Shown in pieces: positions 1-10,078 of a stretch of DNA of 64,000 nucleotides (its first letter is position 1; the number at the start of each line of letters is the position of its first letter). Both the position numbers and the translations under genes were made by a program. Origin of the DNA: Eledone cirrhosa (taxonomy: Eukaryota); assembly GCA_964016885.1 (NCBI GenBank), contig OZ024743.1, forward strand, positions 50,716,001 through 50,780,000, in the 5' to 3' direction. The notes beneath the pieces are model-generated. The model saw only the letters and a list, made by a program, of their open reading frames with translations, did not search any database and had not been told where the DNA came from.

Positions 1-2280
1 CAGGGTACATTACATAGAGACCAAGATGGAAGCTAGGCGACCAGTATACTTAGCTAGGAGGGAAGCAGAGGATAGAAAATTCAAGCATGTTTTGCAACGT
101 GCGAACCAGAAACAGGAGGTGTTCAAGATTGCGAGGCAGTGTGTTAGAGAAAATTGTGATGTCATTGGAGAGAAGTGTATCCGGAATGATAAAGGTGAGC
201 TTGCCCTCACAAGTGCTGAGAAGAATGATGCATGGAAGAGTCATTATGATAGATTACTAAATGAGGAGAATGCATGGGAAGAAGAGACCCTACCCCAAGT
301 AGACCCTATAGAGGGGCCAGCAGTACAAGTCAGCAGCAGCGTAGTAAGTAAGGCAAACAAAGATATGAAGATGGGGAAGGCAACCGGTCCATCGGGTATA
401 GCTGCCGAGATGCTGAAGGCATCTGGGTCTGTAGGTCACACTATAACCACACATATTGTTAACCAGGTAATACTAGAAGGTGTCATACCAAAAGATTGGT
501 GCAGTAGCATCATTGTCAACTGCTACAAAGGTAAAGGTGATGCACTCGATAGAGGAAACTATAGAGGTATAAAGCTGATGGACCAGGTCATGAAAGTAAC
601 AGAAAGAGTTATAGCACAGTTGATTAGGGACCGGGTGAAACTAGATGAGATGCAATTTGGGTTTGTACCAGGAAGAGGCACCACTGATGCCCTCTTCCTT
701 GTGAGGCAGTTACAGGAAAAGTACCTAGCTAAAAGTAAGCCACTCTACCTGGCATTCGTCGATCTCGAGAAAGCCTTTGACAGAGTTCCACGTGCTGTAA
801 TCTGGTGGGCTCTTAGAAAAATAGGAGTAGATGAATGGCTTGTGAAAGCTGTACAAGCCATGTATAGGGGAGCAGTCAGCAAAGTTAGGATTAGCAATGA
901 GTATAGCGAGGAATTTAGCTAACAGGTTGGGGTCCACCAGGGCTCTGTTCTTAGCCCTCTCCTGTTCATCATAGTCCTGCAGGCAATAACGGAGAAGTTT
1001 AAGACCGGATGCCCAATGGAACTCCTTATGCTGATGACCTCGCACTTATAACTGAGTCTATGGTAGAACTAGAGAAGAAATTCCTAACTTGGAAGCAGGG
1101 ACTAGAAAGAAAGGGTCTCAAAGTCAACATGACAAAGACTAAGGTCATTGTAAGTAGTCGAGAAAACAGAACCCAGATCCCCTCAGGGAAATGGCCTTGC
1201 TCAGTATGTAGGAAAGGTGTAGGTAGGAACTCCATTCTCTTCCCCAAATGCAAACAATGGGTACACAAGAGATGTAGCGGGATCTCAGGAAGCTTAATTA
1301 AGAATGTAAGCTTCACATGCAGCAGCTGTACTGGGACAGCAAGCAGCAAACAGTCACAGGAAACAAGTACCACCAATCTCTGGGAGGGCTCTGTAGAGAC
1401 AGTAGACAGCTTCTGATACCTAGGTGACCGAATTAGCAGCGGAGGTGGGTGTTCAGAAAGTACAATAACTAGGGTAAGAACGGGATGGAAGAAGTTCAGG
1501 GAACTACTACCACTGCTAGCTGCAAAATGAAAGGCAGACTGTATGATGCGTGTATCCGAACAGCAATGTTGCATGGTAGTGAGACCTGGGCGCTGAAGGT
1601 GGAAGACTTATGTAGATTAGAGAGAAACGAAGCCTGCATGCTCCGATGGAGGTGTAATAGTAATATACGCCAACGACAAAGCATAAATGAATTGAGAGAG
1701 AGACTGAGCATAAGAGGAATCAAATGCTGTGTGCAGGAGAGGCGGTTGCGTTGGTATGGTCATGTGATGCGTGTGAAGGATGACAGCTGCATAAAAAGGT
1801 GCAGAGCACTAGAAGTCGATGGAAACCGCGGAGTGGGGAGACTCGAGATGACCTGGGATGAGGTGATAAAAGCTGACCTTACCCAATTACACCTCTCAAA
1901 GGCGATGACACACGACCTTGACCTCTGACGTCACGCAGTAATACAGAGTACCCGACCTCCCATGGGTACAAGCTGAAGCATATAGACAATATGCCCCACA
2001 CCCTCCCACTGCAAAGTGGTCGTGGAGGTGCCACGGCAAAAAAGCACCCAGCCCACACTGTAAAGTGGACGTGTAGGCGCCACGAAAAAGCACCCAGCAC
2101 TCACTGTAAATGAGGTTGGTGTTAGGAAGGGCATCCAGCTGTAGAAATCAAGCCAAATCAGTTCCTGTATGAGCAAGGCATGGTCAGCCGACCAGACACT
2201 GCCCACAACAGGACAACCCTTCTAACCCATGCTAGCGTGGAAGAACGGACGTAAAACGGTGATGATGATGATGATGATGA

Positions 2281-2283
<3 letters not shown>
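1..2283 (+). mobile_element. Decayed RTE-clade non-LTR retrotransposon (RT region, C-terminus, 3' UTR, (GAT)n tail); 5' part outside the window
   Basis: ORF 26-922 has the RT motifs KATGPSG, NYRGIKL, QFGFVPGRGTTDA and FVDLEKAFDRVP. After a stop come GVHQGSVLSPLLF and YADD (1027-1038), then the RTE-type C-terminal motifs LHGSETW and RRLRWYGHVMR (ORF 1485-1928). The element ends in CATGCTAGCGTGGAAGAACGGACGTAAAACG plus (GAT)n at 2260-2283. Confidence 0.93.
26..1928 (+). pseudogene. Reverse transcriptase ORF of the RTE LINE, disrupted by stops and frameshifts, with a Cys-rich (PHD/zinc-finger-like) insertion
   Basis: Three ORF pieces (26-922, 1009-1416, 1485-1928) are colinear with an RTE ORF. 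The segment CSVC...CKQWVHKRC...CSSC lies at ~1198-1329. Confidence 0.9.

Positions 2284-2373
<90 letters not shown>
2283..2373. repeat. (TA)n microsatellite
   Basis: Pure AT dinucleotide run of about 90 bp. Confidence 0.99.
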
Positions 2374-2376
<3 letters not shown>

Positions 2377-3093
2377 ACGAAGTTTTCTGTATGTGTGTGT
2401 GGACGATTTTCAATGAGGGCTCATATATTCTAAACCATTCATGCAATTTCTTTGAAATTTTTTACAGAGCTTCTTCTTGCACAAAACCTGTACATGATCT
2501 ACAACGGCTTTCAAAAATCGATATTGGGGCCTTTGAAGACATTAAAAAAGTTTCGGTTATATGTGTCAATTTTCGTGATTAAGTAAGACAAGAGTTATCT
2601 TTCGTAATTCGGCTCATTCGGATTCTAATTTACTCTTTGTACTTGAAACAAAAGGTACGCTTCCTTGAGACTAACAATATCATTTTGTATATTTCACAAC
2701 CAGCAATTTCTAACAGATTATTAAGTTAAGTTATAGATTTGACATTGTATAATTTATCGTTTCAAGCTTGATGTTCATACATTATGTGATGTCATAACTT
2801 TTACAATATTATGCTTTGTACATAATAGTGTCTATTATTCACTTCACTTCTCTATTTCATGATGCGCTTTTACTGTTGTCAAAAAAATTTATACCTAGAC
2901 TGGATTTCTGTTGTTACACGGTATATCGGATGACACCGAGCTCTCATATTAATTATTTCGCTGGAATAGTGCCTAAGGTTTTCATGTTTACATAAAGTAC
3001 GTTTTTCTTCTATGTATTCAAATTTACTTTGTTTAGTTTAATGAGCTACATCGAAAGCTACTTGAACCGTCCAAAGGACGGGTAGTTTAGCTA

Positions 3094-3094
<1 letters not shown>
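2373..3094 (+). mobile_element. Probable non-autonomous Helitron
   Basis: The 3' end has a CCGTCC-AAA-GGACGG hairpin (3067-3081), then 9 nt, then CTAG (3091-3094) followed by T, the canonical Helitron 3' signature. The 5' end merges into (TA)n-AAAG followed by a short TG-rich tract, and the 5' TC is not resolvable. The interior is AT-rich with no credible ORF. Confidence 0.62.
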
Positions 3095-3131
<37 letters not shown>

Positions 3132-3170
3132 TATAGTATATATATATAGTATATATATAGTATATATATA

Positions 3171-3241
<71 letters not shown>
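3095..3241. repeat. (TA)n microsatellite with interruptions
   Basis: TA run with occasional G or AAA interruptions. Confidence 0.98.
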
Positions 3242-3246
<5 letters not shown>

Positions 3247-3525
3247 TATTTTCATACACAGAGCAAAAGAAGCTACCCAAGGTTTCAAGTCCAGAATACA
3301 GGACGCATCAAATTAGTTACTTTTCTCCATGAGTTATTTCCCTTTGTTATATTACGTTTTTTTCGTAAAGACGCGTTTATAGCCAAATTTCCTTTTAACG
3401 GTATTTTATAAATTTGTATAAGTGCCTGAAGAAAGGTCACTAGTTTGATACCTCTGGTATTCTAGTCAACATTGGGACTTGAAACCCTGGCTAGGACCGT
3501 TCTTCCATGTATGAACATAAATAAT
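3241..3525. mobile_element. Imperfect ~90-100 bp inverted repeat pair, probable Penelope-like terminal-repeat remnant (or MITE)
   Basis: 3241-3331 (ATTATTTATTTTCATACA...GGTTTCAAGTCC...ATCAAATTAGTTACTTTTCT) is the approximate reverse complement of 3425-3525 (CTGAAGAAAGGTCACTAGTTTGAT...GGACTTGAAACC...TGTATGAACATAAATAAT). It carries degenerate CTGAAGA...GAAAC motifs. Confidence 0.5.
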
Positions 3526-3589
3526 ATATTTCTTCTCTCTTCCCGATTGAGCACTACTTTTTTCCTACCTTTTCACATCTACGGATATT

Positions 3590-3620
3590 ACTACATACAC
3601 ATATACATATATATATATAG

Positions 3621-3714
<94 letters not shown>
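3590..3714. repeat. Compound (TA)n/(CA)n microsatellite
   Basis: Read directly from the sequence. Confidence 0.97.
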
Positions 3715-3718
<4 letters not shown>

Positions 3719-3914
3719 GTCTATATTAAATGTTTATTCTGACGTGCGATTTCAGACGTCTCTGTTGAGCTCGTCTGTCTTCGTGAAACCCCTGGTAAAT
3801 GGAATAATTGTCTTATGTTGTTTATTACATAATTAAACAGCTCTGTAGCATACATAGAACACTCTCCTTTCCTTCACCCTTCCTACGGAAATACTTCATA
3901 TTTATATATTCAGT

Positions 3915-3955
3915 CCGAGCTGAAGATCCGCTTAAGGTGAAACAATTGTTCTCGG
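3915..3955 (+). ncRNA. Minimal type I hammerhead ribozyme-like motif (Penelope-like element type)
   Basis: CCGAG [stem I] CTGAAGA [core] TCC-GCTTAA-GGT [weak stem II] GAAAC-AATT-GT [core plus palindromic stem/loop III] T [cleavage nucleotide] CTCGG [stem I']. Confidence 0.66.
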
Positions 3956-4164
3956 TATGGTGAACTAACTGTTGTGTTACTACTATATATATTCTACTAT
4001 ATATATATTCACGCACACACACATGTATATATATATAATAAACATATATATATATTGATTATTTATCTGGTTGATTTCTACGGACTAGGGTGAAGAAAAA
4101 TTTGGTATATTTTATCTAATAATTCTTCAAACTTGCAATATATATATATGGGGGGGGGGTATGG

Positions 4165-4167
<3 letters not shown>

Positions 4168-4212
<45 letters not shown>

Positions 4213-4252
4213 TATATAAACATTGAATTTTAGTCTTCACATTTATTATTAT

Positions 4253-4295
<43 letters not shown>

Positions 4296-4316
4296 CATAC
4301 ATATATACATATATAC
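4168..4316. repeat. Two (TA)n-rich microsatellite tracts
   Basis: Read directly from the sequence (4170-4206 and 4257-4316). Confidence 0.95.
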
Positions 4317-4730
4317 AAGTGAGTGTGTGTGAATTAAATGTCTTGAGTTTTCATCTTAACGTAATCATAACCAATGTCAGCCAATTATTGTACCTGTGTT
4401 AGTGCAGTGACCTGCAGGAAGCTGCGCTGAATCGGATTAACTTTAGCGATTGCAGTAAAACCGCCCTCAAGCCATTGATTTGGCAGATAATTGATTTCGT
4501 CCAGGTTTACATATCGATCTTATTTTACAGTTGACGTCAGTTTCTAAGATGCACTTATGAAATGCACTTGTAAGATGCATCAGACAAGTTGACTTAATTT
4601 CGATGTCAACCAATTGGATTAGTTAGTAGGAATAGAAAATCGATTTGTTTGGAAGTCGTAGAAATATGAAGGAACATTCACACACATAAAACTTTACCCA
4701 AGAAATATATCTATATATCTATCTATGTAT

Positions 4731-4768
<38 letters not shown>

Positions 4769-4772
<4 letters not shown>

Positions 4773-5170
4773 CTGGTAAAATTCCCGAGATCCATGAACG
4801 AGTTCTCTCCAGCGGTCTCTGTCCCTCATTATCGCTGCCATGTCCCGCGTCTCCAACAGACGTTAAACTTGGTCTTCCTCTTCCAGTGTGTCCATGTAGA
4901 GGCTCCCACAGGACCACTGAGTGCAATGTCAACTCTGGATGTCGGTGAGCATGTCCAGCTAACCTCAATCTCCTCTGTGTCACTTTTGAGCTGACTTTTG
5001 GGAGGCTCCCATACAGCTCTGAGTTTTTCATCCTCAGTGTATACTGATTAATGTTCAGAGCCATCCTCAGCATTCTCGTGTAGCACCCGTCCACCATCTG
5101 AGTGAGTTTCTTGGTCAGTGTCCAAGTCTCAGACCCGTACAGCAGCACAGACTCCACTACAGCAATGAAG

Positions 5171-5171
<1 letters not shown>
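4769..5171 (-). mobile_element. 5'-truncated 3' fragment of a second non-LTR retrotransposon (RTE-like C-terminus) embedded in (TA)n
   Basis: The minus-strand translation gives VESVLLYGSETWTLT...YTRMLRMALNI...RRLRLAGH...LWEPLHGHTGRGRP. It is flanked by (TA)n on both sides (4733-4768 and 5172-5205). Confidence 0.85.
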
Positions 5172-5209
<38 letters not shown>

Positions 5210-5218
5210 TGCAGATTA

Positions 5219-5401
5219 TATACATACATACATACATACATACATATGTTTGCAGATTATACACATACATACACACATACATACATACATACATACATAC
5301 ATACATACATACATACATACACACACATACATACATACATACATACATACATACATACATACATACATACATACATACATACATACATACATACATACAT
5401 A
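5219..5401. repeat. (TACA)n microsatellite
   Basis: Read directly from the sequence. Confidence 0.98.
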
Positions 5402-5899
5402 GAATATATTGAGACAGATGGCACTAAGGAATACTGGTGGAACCTGAAAATAAAAACTGCCACCAAATTAAAGCACAACCGGCCTGATATTGTAGTTTGG
5501 GACCACACATTGAAAACGTGTTCTGTTGTGGAGATCAGCTGCCCACTTGATGTAAACGTTGTCAGAAAAATACAGGAGAAGGAGGACATCTACGGACCAT
5601 TGATGAGGAGCTTACAAATCCAGTATCCAAGATACACCTTTAGCTTCATACCCATCATTATTGGTGCTACGGGTTATATACCAACCTGCTTGGACCAAAG
5701 TATGACCGAACTTGGATTTGCGGACAAAAGGCGCAGCTCCCTAATTCATAGTCTACAAATGGCTGCGATAGCTGGCACCTTCAAAATATGCAAAACATTC
5801 TTGCGATTCAAGGGATGACAATTTCTTTTCTTTTACAACCTTGCCACCAGGAAGGTGGCCGGTCAAAAAAATATACTCGAAATTAAGAGAAAGAGAAAA
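5402..5899 (+). mobile_element. 5'-truncated R4/Dong-like retrotransposon copy (restriction-like endonuclease domain plus 3' UTR)
   Basis: Translates as EYWWN...HNRPDIVVWD...VVEISCPLD...KEDIY...PIIIGATG, a PD-(D/E)xK-type RLE domain, with a stop at 5816-5818. The 3' UTR has a GCCACC-AGGAA-GGTGGC hairpin (5843-5859). (TACA)n lies on both sides. Confidence 0.87.
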
Positions 5900-6078
5900 C
5901 ATACATACATACACACATACATACATATATACATACACACATACATACATACACACATACATACATACATACATGCACACATACACACACACAAACATAC
6001 ATACATACACACATACATACATACACACATACATACATACATACACACGTACATACATACACGTACATACATACATAT
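5900..6078. repeat. (TACA)n/(CA)n microsatellite
   Basis: Read directly from the sequence. Confidence 0.97.
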
Positions 6079-6783
6079 ACTATACAGTCAACGCGATCAG
6101 TCGCATATTTTGGCGTGGGAGACAATTTATTAAATTTAAGATGAATACTATCTCCGACAGTAATGCCACAACAACAGTCATGTTGAATAACTGGTTATTC
6201 TTCTAACTATATCTTCTGAAGACACTTTATATTCGAATTCGTAGAGATATCCGACTAAATACATAATTCATTTTACAAGGATTGCTACAAACAGCATGGC
6301 TGAACACAACATCAACAACAAAATTAATGAAGTACCGAAGACAACCAACAAGAAAGGTAAACAAACTTTATTCAGTTGTAGCTACAGAAGAAACCGAAAT
6401 TATAAATCGCATTTCTCTTGGAGTTGCGAACTTAATAATGAATAATTTAATTGTTATAAAATGGCAAAAAACAATCCCTCCATTGGCTATGTGAACAGAA
6501 TTAAGCTACCCTGGAACGAAATGCACCCAGAGCTAAATTATTTCACAGCGAAACAATTACGCCAACAAGCGACGTTTGTTGAACGTAAAAATAAGATAAA
6601 TAGTATTAATTGTAAGTCTCCCACAACAAACATGTTATCAACAACACGTGCTACAGGTCGCCATGCTACTAGACTTCCTAGCAGCCAGGTCGAACAGCGC
6701 CTTGAAACAACTATGCCTGTAAGAAATTTGACACCACCTGTACCATCTAAGTCTACCTCGAATGCTGGGGAAAACACTATCGA

Positions 6784-6979
6784 TAATAATAATAATAATT
6801 GTTTCTACATTTGGCACAAGGCCAGCAATTACCCAGTACATTACTGGTACTTTATTTTATCGACCCCGTAAGGATGAAAGGCAAAGTTAACCTCGGCGGG
6901 ATTTGAACTCAGATCCTAAAGGGTCGTAACTATGCTGGAAAGCATGGCATCCGACTCTCTACCTATACTGCCAATCCAC
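6784..6979 (-). mobile_element. tRNA-derived SINE (Nin/Deu-like core) inserted in the R4-like element
   Basis: The minus strand shows an A-box-like TGGCAGTATAGG, a B-box GTTCAAATC (6900-6908), the core GCCTTTCATCCTTACGGGGTCGATAAAATAAAGTACCAG and a (TTA)n tail at 6784-6799. Confidence 0.8.
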
Positions 6980-8062
6980 TAATAATCGAAGAAATAATAA
7001 TAATAATCGAAGAAATTTGACACCACGTGTACCATCCAAGTCTACCTCGACTGTTGTGGAAAATACTATTGATAATGATAATAATCAAAAGTACGTATAA
7101 ACAATTGAAAATTTCCATCAACGAAATCTTCCAGAGAGAAATTAATTCATGTATGAATATCTCTCTTGCTGAACGTATTAAAACGACAATGTTTAATAAA
7201 AAACCAAATAATGAAATACTACGTGTTATTGACGAAATAGGGATGAATATTTACGACGGATAAAAACCCCAACATTTTGGCAAATCAACGCCTGTTTATA
7301 TGCCTTAGCAACGACAGTGAAGCATTATCTTGGTGATAACAGAGATATTAACAAGAACAGAACACCACCAAAAATACCATCATATATAACTAAAATAGAA
7401 AAAAAGATTGCTGACCTACGAAAAAACATAGAATATGTGACAATGCTCCTTACATACAAACAAACACAAAAAACCTCACTCCTCACCAACAAAGAGTGAA
7501 AAATAAAATAGAGATGATGTTTGGTAACAGTAGAACCAGAACTCTTCAATATAAGCTGATCACCCTCAAACAAGAATTGAGAGCTGTTAGAGAAAAACGC
7601 CGATACCTGAAGAAGGTAGACGAGAGCAAAGTGATTAATAAAAGATTCAGACGAAACCAAACATCAGTCTATAGAGATATGAAGGGCAAAATAATAAGTG
7701 TCACTGAGGCCCCATCCCAGAAAGACATAGATTCCTTTTGGAGCAAAATATGGGGGAGGAGGGGAGAATAATTTTAACCAAGATGCAGTGTGGCCAAGAG
7801 AAATCCGAAAGAACTCTTGCTCCTACACTACAACAAAAACATACGAAATAAGTGCGGGTACCCTTGAGACTGTGATAGGAAAACTCCAAGATAAAAAAAA
7901 CACCAGGAAGAGACATGATTGTCGGCTACTGGTACAAAAAAACTGATATTCTATCGGAGGTATCTTACTGACCTCCTCTACCAACAAGTTCTTAAGGGAG
8001 ATACACTTATACCAGAATGGTTGACATTAGCACAAATAATACTGGTCCCCAAGAACAAAGAC

Positions 8063-8171
8063 ACCCTCTTGGCAAAAAGCTACCGACCCATTGCATGTCA
8101 GAACCTGATGTATACATCTTATACATCAGGTTCTGGCATGCAATGGCTCGGTAGTTTTTTGCCAAGAGGGT
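8063..8171. repeat. 52-bp-arm inverted duplication (hairpin) inside the RT region
   Basis: 8063-8114 is the reverse complement of 8120-8171 with 3 mismatches; the loop is CATCT. Confidence 0.93.
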
Positions 8172-10078
8172 ATCTGATGTATAAGATGTATACAGCCTGC
8201 CTGAACCTATTCCTCCAAGATCACTGTGAAAATAATAACATCATCACAGATGAACAAGCAGCTGGAAAGAAAGGGGCTTGGGGATGTGCTGAACAACTCC
8301 TAATCAACAAAACTGCGATGTTGGAGGTGCGACAACTTAGGATGAATATGGCTACAGTCTGGCTGGACTAGAGGAAAGTTTTCGATTCTGTTCCCCACTC
8401 TTGGATGATAGAGGCCCTCCAACTTACTAAAGTCCCAGACATTATTGTCAGAGCCATAGAGAGGCTGTCTTCTTCTTGGGCTACTATCCTAAGGTTAAAG
8501 ACAGAGAGGGGGGACTCTATTTTCACTGATAAAATAAAATATCGCAGGGGTATATTTCAGGGGGACAGTCTCTCTGTGATATTATTCATCTTGTCATTAA
8601 ACCCCTTGTCCTTTCTGCTCAAGAAATGTGAGGGATACATCATTGGCTCACAGGAGGACAGAAATACGAACCTAACCCATAATTTCTTTGTGGACGATCT
8701 GAAACTCTATGCCAAGAACATGGATGGGATGAAGAAAAATCTTGACCTGGTTACAACGTTCTCGAAGGATATAGGAATGGAGTTTGGCCAAGATAAATGC
8801 TCATACATGACTGTAAAGCGGGGAAAAATAACAACCCAATCTAGCAACATTGTCATCAATGGCCTAACTGTTTCACCGATATCTGATGAGGATGCTACAG
8901 ATACCTGGGGATAGATCAGAACATATCCTATAATGGTATCTGTAATAAGGAACGCGTAACCAGGGAATACTACACCCGATTAAGAAAATTTTTGGTCATC
9001 AGAACTCTCTGCGCAAAACAAAACAGTGGCTCACAATGTGTTTGCTGTGCCTCTCCTAACACCAACTTTGGAATACTCAATTGGACGATAGACGAAATCA
9101 GAGCAGTTGATGTTGGAACTCGAAAAATACTAAACAACACACCACACCACACCAACAGTGACATAGACCGCCTTTACTTGAAACGTAAGCAGGTAGGCAG
9201 AGGCCTAACATCAGTCCAGACAGCATTTGAATATCGCATCATATCCCTCCGACAAGTACGAATCTCGAAGCGTAGGAGCCCGTCTCTCGAGCAAGTATAT
9301 CTGCATGAAACAGATAAGATCATGAGAGTTGGGAAGGAACTCCTCGAGAGATATTCCCTGTGTGATAATCAAAATCTCAAACCCAGGGAAGTCGCTCAGC
9401 AGTATCGCAGTGAATCCATGGATGAAAAACTGCATGCTTATCACCAAAACATCATGCATGGATATGTTGCCAGGAAGCTCCAGAGTGAGAGTAATAAGGA
9501 AAGTAGTGTATCTTGGACCAACAACTGCTATATTGGCTCCCACTTTGGAGGATACGCTTTTGCAATCCAAGAAAAGGAGATTAACACGAAATACCTGATT
9601 CACAAAAGAGATAGGGATGCAGGCAAAACACCTAGATGTGATAACAAGTGCAGACTCTGCAGAACTAACATCTAGGATATCACCCATGTCATCAGCAGCT
9701 GTCCAAAGATGCGGTACTATCTACCTATGAGGCATGATGTAGTGGCCAAATCACTGTACAATGCAGTTCGTAAAAAGGATAGCCCCGATAATAAACACAT
9801 TAAAAGCTATAGCAATGTGGAAGACATCCACGTACATAATATGAAAGAGTACTGGTGGAATGTTCCAGTAAAAACCCCAATAAAATGCAGACATAACAGA
9901 CCAGATATTATGACATTGGACAGGGAGAAGAAAGCATGCACAGTAGTGGAAATTAGCTGCCCAGCAGATGCCAATATGATATCAAAGATTAGCGAAAGGG
10001 AGAATATTTATGCAGAACTGATGAGATTTCTGCAGATACTCCACCCTGATTACACCTCCAGATTTATGCCTGTGATTC

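Larger units (their letters stand above)
6079..10077 (+). mobile_element. Near full-length decayed R4/Dong-like (RLE-class) non-LTR retrotransposon, 3' end cut off
   Basis: The N-terminus reads GYVNRIKLPWNEMHPEL..FTAKQLRQQA. RT motifs are YRPIAC, QAAGKKG, WLD*RKVFDSVPH, RGIFQGDSLSVILF and FVDD (8687-8698). A CCHC knuckle (CRLC...H....C, ~9649-9702) precedes the RLE motifs RHD and RPDI...VVEISCP. There are many stops and frameshifts, and the 5' boundary is approximate. Confidence 0.9.

Noticed and set aside
10-2206. Minus-strand ORFs over the RTE element
   Set aside because: They are antisense shadows of the RT coding sequence with no independent motifs.
4330-4700. Unique-looking segment between microsatellites as a possible exon or element
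   Set aside because: It has no ORF, terminal structure or recognisable motif, so it is left unannotated.
2222-6206. ORFs rich in YI/HT/MYVC repeats
   Set aside because: They are translations of (TA)n and (TACA)n microsatellites. Only the embedded retrotransposon segments are meaningful.
6890-6979. tRNA gene
   Set aside because: A/B-box-like motifs are present but there is no cloverleaf, and the segment is continuous with a SINE core and tail.
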